Virus record (IMG/VR): IMGVR_UViG_3300042888_002422
Coordinates: 1 to 53,543 of that record
Source: a virus
Taxonomy: Duplodnaviria; Caudoviricetes
Direction: 5' to 3' (one strand)
DNA length: 53,543 nt
Within the stretch, counting starts at the first letter, position 1. Each line of letters starts with the position of its first letter. A program made the translations under genes and the position numbers. Shown here one piece after another: positions 50,675 through 53,543 of this stretch. The notes beneath the pieces are model-generated. The model was not told the DNA's origin, did not search any database, and saw only the letters and a program-made list of their open reading frames with translations.

Positions 50675-51352
50675 ATGATTTCAGTTTTAACTTTAACTTA
50701 TAAAAGAGAACATTTGCTTGAAGAAGCGATTGAATCTTTCCTAAGACAAGATTTAGATATAGATTGTGAAATGGTAATTATAAATGATAACCCTGATGTA
50801 GATTATGTATATAACTATTCTAAAATTAGGGTTATTAATTGTAAAGAAAGATTTCCTTCTATATCAGCTAAACTTGAATGGGGATATAAACAATGTAAAG
50901 GAGAATATATTTATAGACTTGATGATGATGATTTGTTAGCACCAAATGCTTTAATAAATGTTGAATCTGATATAAACAATTTTCCTGGTTATGAAATTTA
51001 TAGAAGTAAAGGAATGTATTATTATTTAAATAATGAATTTCAAGCTTTAACTTCTAGTGTTAATAATGGTAATGTATATACAAAAACATATTTAAATAGA
51101 ATTACTTGGCCTGATACATCAGGAGATGAAGATAGTAAAATTACATTTGATCATAATGCAAAAATATATACATCAACATTAAACCCTACAATGATATACA
51201 GATGGGGTATGAATACTTTACATATATCAGGATTAGGGAAAGTGAGTAACGAAACTATACTTAATCAAGCTGATAAAGTACTTAATAATACAAAAGGAGT
51301 AATTGAACTACATCCTAAATTTTTAAATAGTTATTATTCTCAAATAACTTAA
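50675..51352 (+). CDS. Glycosyltransferase family 2
   Basis: ISVLTLTY.R..LLEEAIESFL.Q, IIND, GEYIYRLDDDD. Confidence 0.9.
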   Translation: MISVLTLTYKREHLLEEAIESFLRQDLDIDCEMVIINDNPDVDYVYNYSKIRVINCKERFPSISAKLEWGYKQCKGEYIYRLDDDDLLAPNALINVESDINNFPGYEIYRSKGMYYYLNNEFQALTSSVNNGNVYTKTYLNRITWPDTSGDEDSKITFDHNAKIYTSTLNPTMIYRWGMNTLHISGLGKVSNETILNQADKVLNNTKGVIELHPKFLNSYYSQIT

Positions 51353-51356
51353 AATC

Positions 51357-51389
51357 AAAAAGCTCTATATCACTATAGAGCTTTTTTTT
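51357..51389. terminator. Bidirectional terminator at the convergence of the two arms
   Basis: AAAAAGCTCTATA-TCAC-TATAGAGCTTTTTTTT. Confidence 0.85.
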
Positions 51390-51417
51390 AAACAAAACAT
51401 ATAAAAAAAGAAAAGAA

Positions 51418-51579
51418 TTATTTACTTAACCTCTTTTGTTTAAGAGGCTGCATTGGAGCTGTTCTTATAGCTTTATCATCCATAGATTTATTTTTTGAAA
51501 ATGGTTTATCCTTTTTAGGAATTCCCACTTTTGGAGCCATTCTAGGCTTACCACTTTTCTTAGCTTTACCTGATGTCAT
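51418..51579 (-). CDS. Small basic protein (53 aa, absent from the ORF track)
   Basis: MTSGKAKKSGKPRMAPKV...KQKRLSK; overlaps the upstream stop. Confidence 0.7.
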   Translation of the reverse strand: MTSGKAKKSGKPRMAPKVGIPKKDKPFSKNKSMDDKAIRTAPMQPLKQKRLSK

Positions 51580-51899
51580 TATTTACAACCAGTTTTACAT
51601 TTAGCGACTTTCATACCTGTTTTAGCTTTAGGTTTAATTACCCCCTTACCAACAAGAATGTCTGCTTTAGTAACTTTTCCATCTTTATTAAGATCAGGAA
51701 ATTTACCACCAGATTTAGCTTTTTTCATTTTTCCTCCACTTTTTAACATTTTGTAATTAGGTCCTCTATTAGTACCTTCTCCACCCATGGTTCCTTTTTT
51801 ACCAGTAGATTTATCTACCATATTTTTATAATCATTAGCACCATTGCCATCATCTTTTTTAGTAGTTTTTTTAACTACAGGTTTTTTAGGTTGTAACAT
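51579..51899 (-). CDS. Lys-rich protein with KxGG motifs and an EF-hand-like loop
   Basis: LKSGG, AKSGG, DLNKDGKVTKAD. Confidence 0.75.
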   Translation of the reverse strand: MLQPKKPVVKKTTKKDDGNGANDYKNMVDKSTGKKGTMGGEGTNRGPNYKMLKSGGKMKKAKSGGKFPDLNKDGKVTKADILVGKGVIKPKAKTGMKVAKCKTGCK

Positions 51900-51917
51900 A
51901 ATATTATTTTTTAATTA

Positions 51918-52196
51918 TTAGCAATTCCACTTGCGAAGTGATTTATTAATTCTTGAATTAGGATCTTTTGCTGTTTTAGCACTTGTATTAACTTTCTTCA
52001 TCCCTGACATTCGGGCACAGAATGATTTTCTTCTGTTAGCTGCTTTACTTCCAGGTTTAAGTTTAGAAGGTTTTGTAGTTACAGCCATTTTTAATTTACT
52101 ACCAGGATTAGCTTTTCTGTAAGATGCTACACCTTTAGCATTTAATCCACCAGAAGGATTCTTTCCTTCTTTCTTTTGCCATGCTGCACTTGCCAT
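51918..52196 (-). CDS. Basic conserved phage protein (resembles the DUF6321-type RRKSFCARM family)
   Basis: GGLNAKG..SY, RRKSFCARMSG, SRINKSLRKWNC. Confidence 0.7.
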   Translation of the reverse strand: MASAAWQKKEGKNPSGGLNAKGVASYRKANPGSKLKMAVTTKPSKLKPGSKAANRRKSFCARMSGMKKVNTSAKTAKDPNSRINKSLRKWNC

Positions 52197-52489
52197 TATT
52201 TCTTAGTTTTAGCTTTAATTTTCTTTTCTTGTACTAACATCTGTTTAGTAGGTTTTTTCCCACTTCCTTTATTCTTACGGATATTATCCCAAAGACCAGG
52301 TTTAGAAAATGAACCATCAGCTCTTTTAATCATACCACCAGCTTTTAATGTACTTCCTTTAAATGGGCCTTTCTTTTTAATAAGAGGACCATTAGGAACT
52401 TTTGTTATTTTATTACCGGATTTAGCTTTAATAGGTAAAGCACCTCTCATCATAGGTGCAGATTGAATAATGTTTTTTAATGAAGCCAT
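52196..52489 (-). CDS. Lys-rich protein with KxGG motif
   Basis: AKSG, LKAGG, GLWDNIR. Confidence 0.75.
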   Translation of the reverse strand: MASLKNIIQSAPMMRGALPIKAKSGNKITKVPNGPLIKKKGPFKGSTLKAGGMIKRADGSFSKPGLWDNIRKNKGSGKKPTKQMLVQEKKIKAKTKK

Positions 52490-52650
52490 TATTTCTTTTT
52501 ATTAGATTTAGCAATCTTTTTAAATGTTTTAGCAAGAACTTTAGCTTTACCAGTACAACCAGGTTTAGTGATGGGTGTACATTTACCAGCAGTACCACGC
52601 TCCTTAATAGAAGCTGCAGCTTTCTGCATCCATTTTTTATCACCAGCCAT
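52489..52650 (-). CDS. Small basic protein (53 aa, absent from the ORF track)
   Basis: MAGDKKWMQKAAASIKERGTAGKCTPITKPGCTGKAKVLAKTFKKIAKSNKKK; fills the gap exactly. Confidence 0.7.
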   Translation of the reverse strand: MAGDKKWMQKAAASIKERGTAGKCTPITKPGCTGKAKVLAKTFKKIAKSNKKK

Positions 52651-52652
52651 AA

Positions 52653-53282
52653 CTATTTCTTTTTAGACATTTTAGCACCACATTTAGCCATCTTTGTAGC
52701 ACCAAGTGGTTTATCTTTTGTAAGAGAGGCTTTTCCTTTAGCACTAGCTAATGTTTTCTTTTGAACAGCTGTAAATGCTCCTTTAGGATCTACAGGACCA
52801 ACTCTTTTGTTGGAGGCTTTAAGTCCAGTTAGACTTCCACCATTTTTCATTTTTTTAACAGCACCACCAGTTTTCATTCCTCTAAATATAGCATCTGCTC
52901 TTCCTTTAGCATCCAAAGGACTTTTTCCTTGTGTCTTTTCTAATCTTTTTCTTCTAGCATCCATTATTTCTCCTTTTTGTTTTGATTTAGGATCTTTACT
53001 TGAAAGTAAAGGATCTGGAGAATTAACTTTTTTAACTACTTCTTTATTTTGTTTATCTTGTGCTGAACGTAATGTTGCTACATTAGGAGATTTACCAGTT
53101 TTTTCTCTTAATTTTGCATAAGTATATGGTAATTCTTTGTTAGATTCTGTAACAGAATCTTTTTTTGTTTGAGCATAAATAGTATTATACTTGTTATCTA
53201 ATTTAGCTTTTTGAATTGTAGTATTAGAATCTACTTTTTTACCTGTTTGAGCTTTAGGAGCTACCTTTTTCATTGTTGCCAT
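52653..53282 (-). CDS. Lys-rich protein with repeated KxG(G) motifs
   Basis: AQTG, MKTGG, MKNGG, AKCG. Confidence 0.8.
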   Translation of the reverse strand: MATMKKVAPKAQTGKKVDSNTTIQKAKLDNKYNTIYAQTKKDSVTESNKELPYTYAKLREKTGKSPNVATLRSAQDKQNKEVVKKVNSPDPLLSSKDPKSKQKGEIMDARRKRLEKTQGKSPLDAKGRADAIFRGMKTGGAVKKMKNGGSLTGLKASNKRVGPVDPKGAFTAVQKKTLASAKGKASLTKDKPLGATKMAKCGAKMSKKK

Positions 53283-53472
53283 AGCGTTTAAATGTTATAT
53301 TGGGTTTTACAATAAGATCACGATGGGTATATTGCCATAGTTCTCCAGTTTGATTAATTATTATTGTATAGATGGTATCTGTTTCATAACCATAATCGGT
53401 AATAAACATGATTGAGCCATCTCCCTTTGGCGTTATAACATCTATTCTATTCTTTGGTTCGTATATTCTCAT
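53254..53472 (-). CDS. Hypothetical protein
   Basis: 72-aa ORF. Confidence 0.65.
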   Translation of the reverse strand: MRIYEPKNRIDVITPKGDGSIMFITDYGYETDTIYTIIINQTGELWQYTHRDLIVKPNITFKRYGNNEKGSS

Positions 53473-53543
53473 AGAGAAGAGCTTTTGTTTGAAAACAGCT
53501 GTTATTCGTCTCCCAACAGCTATGTTGTTATACTATTTCCATT

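Noticed and set aside
51931-53121. Plus-strand hydrophobic ORFs opposite the basic proteins
   Set aside because: Antisense reading of Lys-rich genes gives Phe/Leu-rich artefacts
1-53543. Stop-codon reassignment as in some crAss-like phages
   Set aside because: Long core genes are intact in the standard code, TAG/TGA occur as normal stops, and no suppressor tRNA is seen

Overview
AT-rich dsDNA bacteriophage segment whose gene content and order resemble crAss-like phages (Crassvirales or a relative). The host is most likely a Bacteroidota/Flavobacterium-type bacterium, inferred from TTTG-N19-TAnnTTTG promoters, A-rich leaders without Shine-Dalgarno sequences, and a signal peptide followed by Gln. 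The ORFs read intact in the standard code. Layout: (i) 1-10.4 kb minus strand, a head/packaging module (HU/IHF-like gene, terminase, portal, scaffold-like gene, major capsid, a structured RNA, an initiator-like tRNA-Met, HNH); (ii) 10.6-24 kb plus strand, early/accessory small ORFs, membrane proteins and long hairpin-rich non-coding tracts; (iii) 24-51.4 kb plus strand, replication/recombination genes (PolA, MoxR AAA+vWA, nucleotidyltransferase, prim-pol, DnaB split by a group I intron carrying GIY-YIG, SF2 helicase, AAA, SSB, DnaG, UDG-like, ligase plus LAGLIDADG, HNH, 5' nuclease, RecA, dNMP kinase, HAD, GroES-like, GT2); (iv) 51.4-53.5 kb minus strand, small Lys-rich proteins with KxGG motifs. 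The most notable observations are a ~590-nt densely base-paired non-coding region (18.37-18.95 kb), an intron-less LAGLIDADG gene that appears to have replaced the ligase C-terminus with a recoded copy, a hairpin after the capsid gene displaying anti-SD-like CCUCC motifs, and an AAA-vWA-NTase-prim-pol cluster. All protein calls come from motif recognition by eye; no database searches were run.
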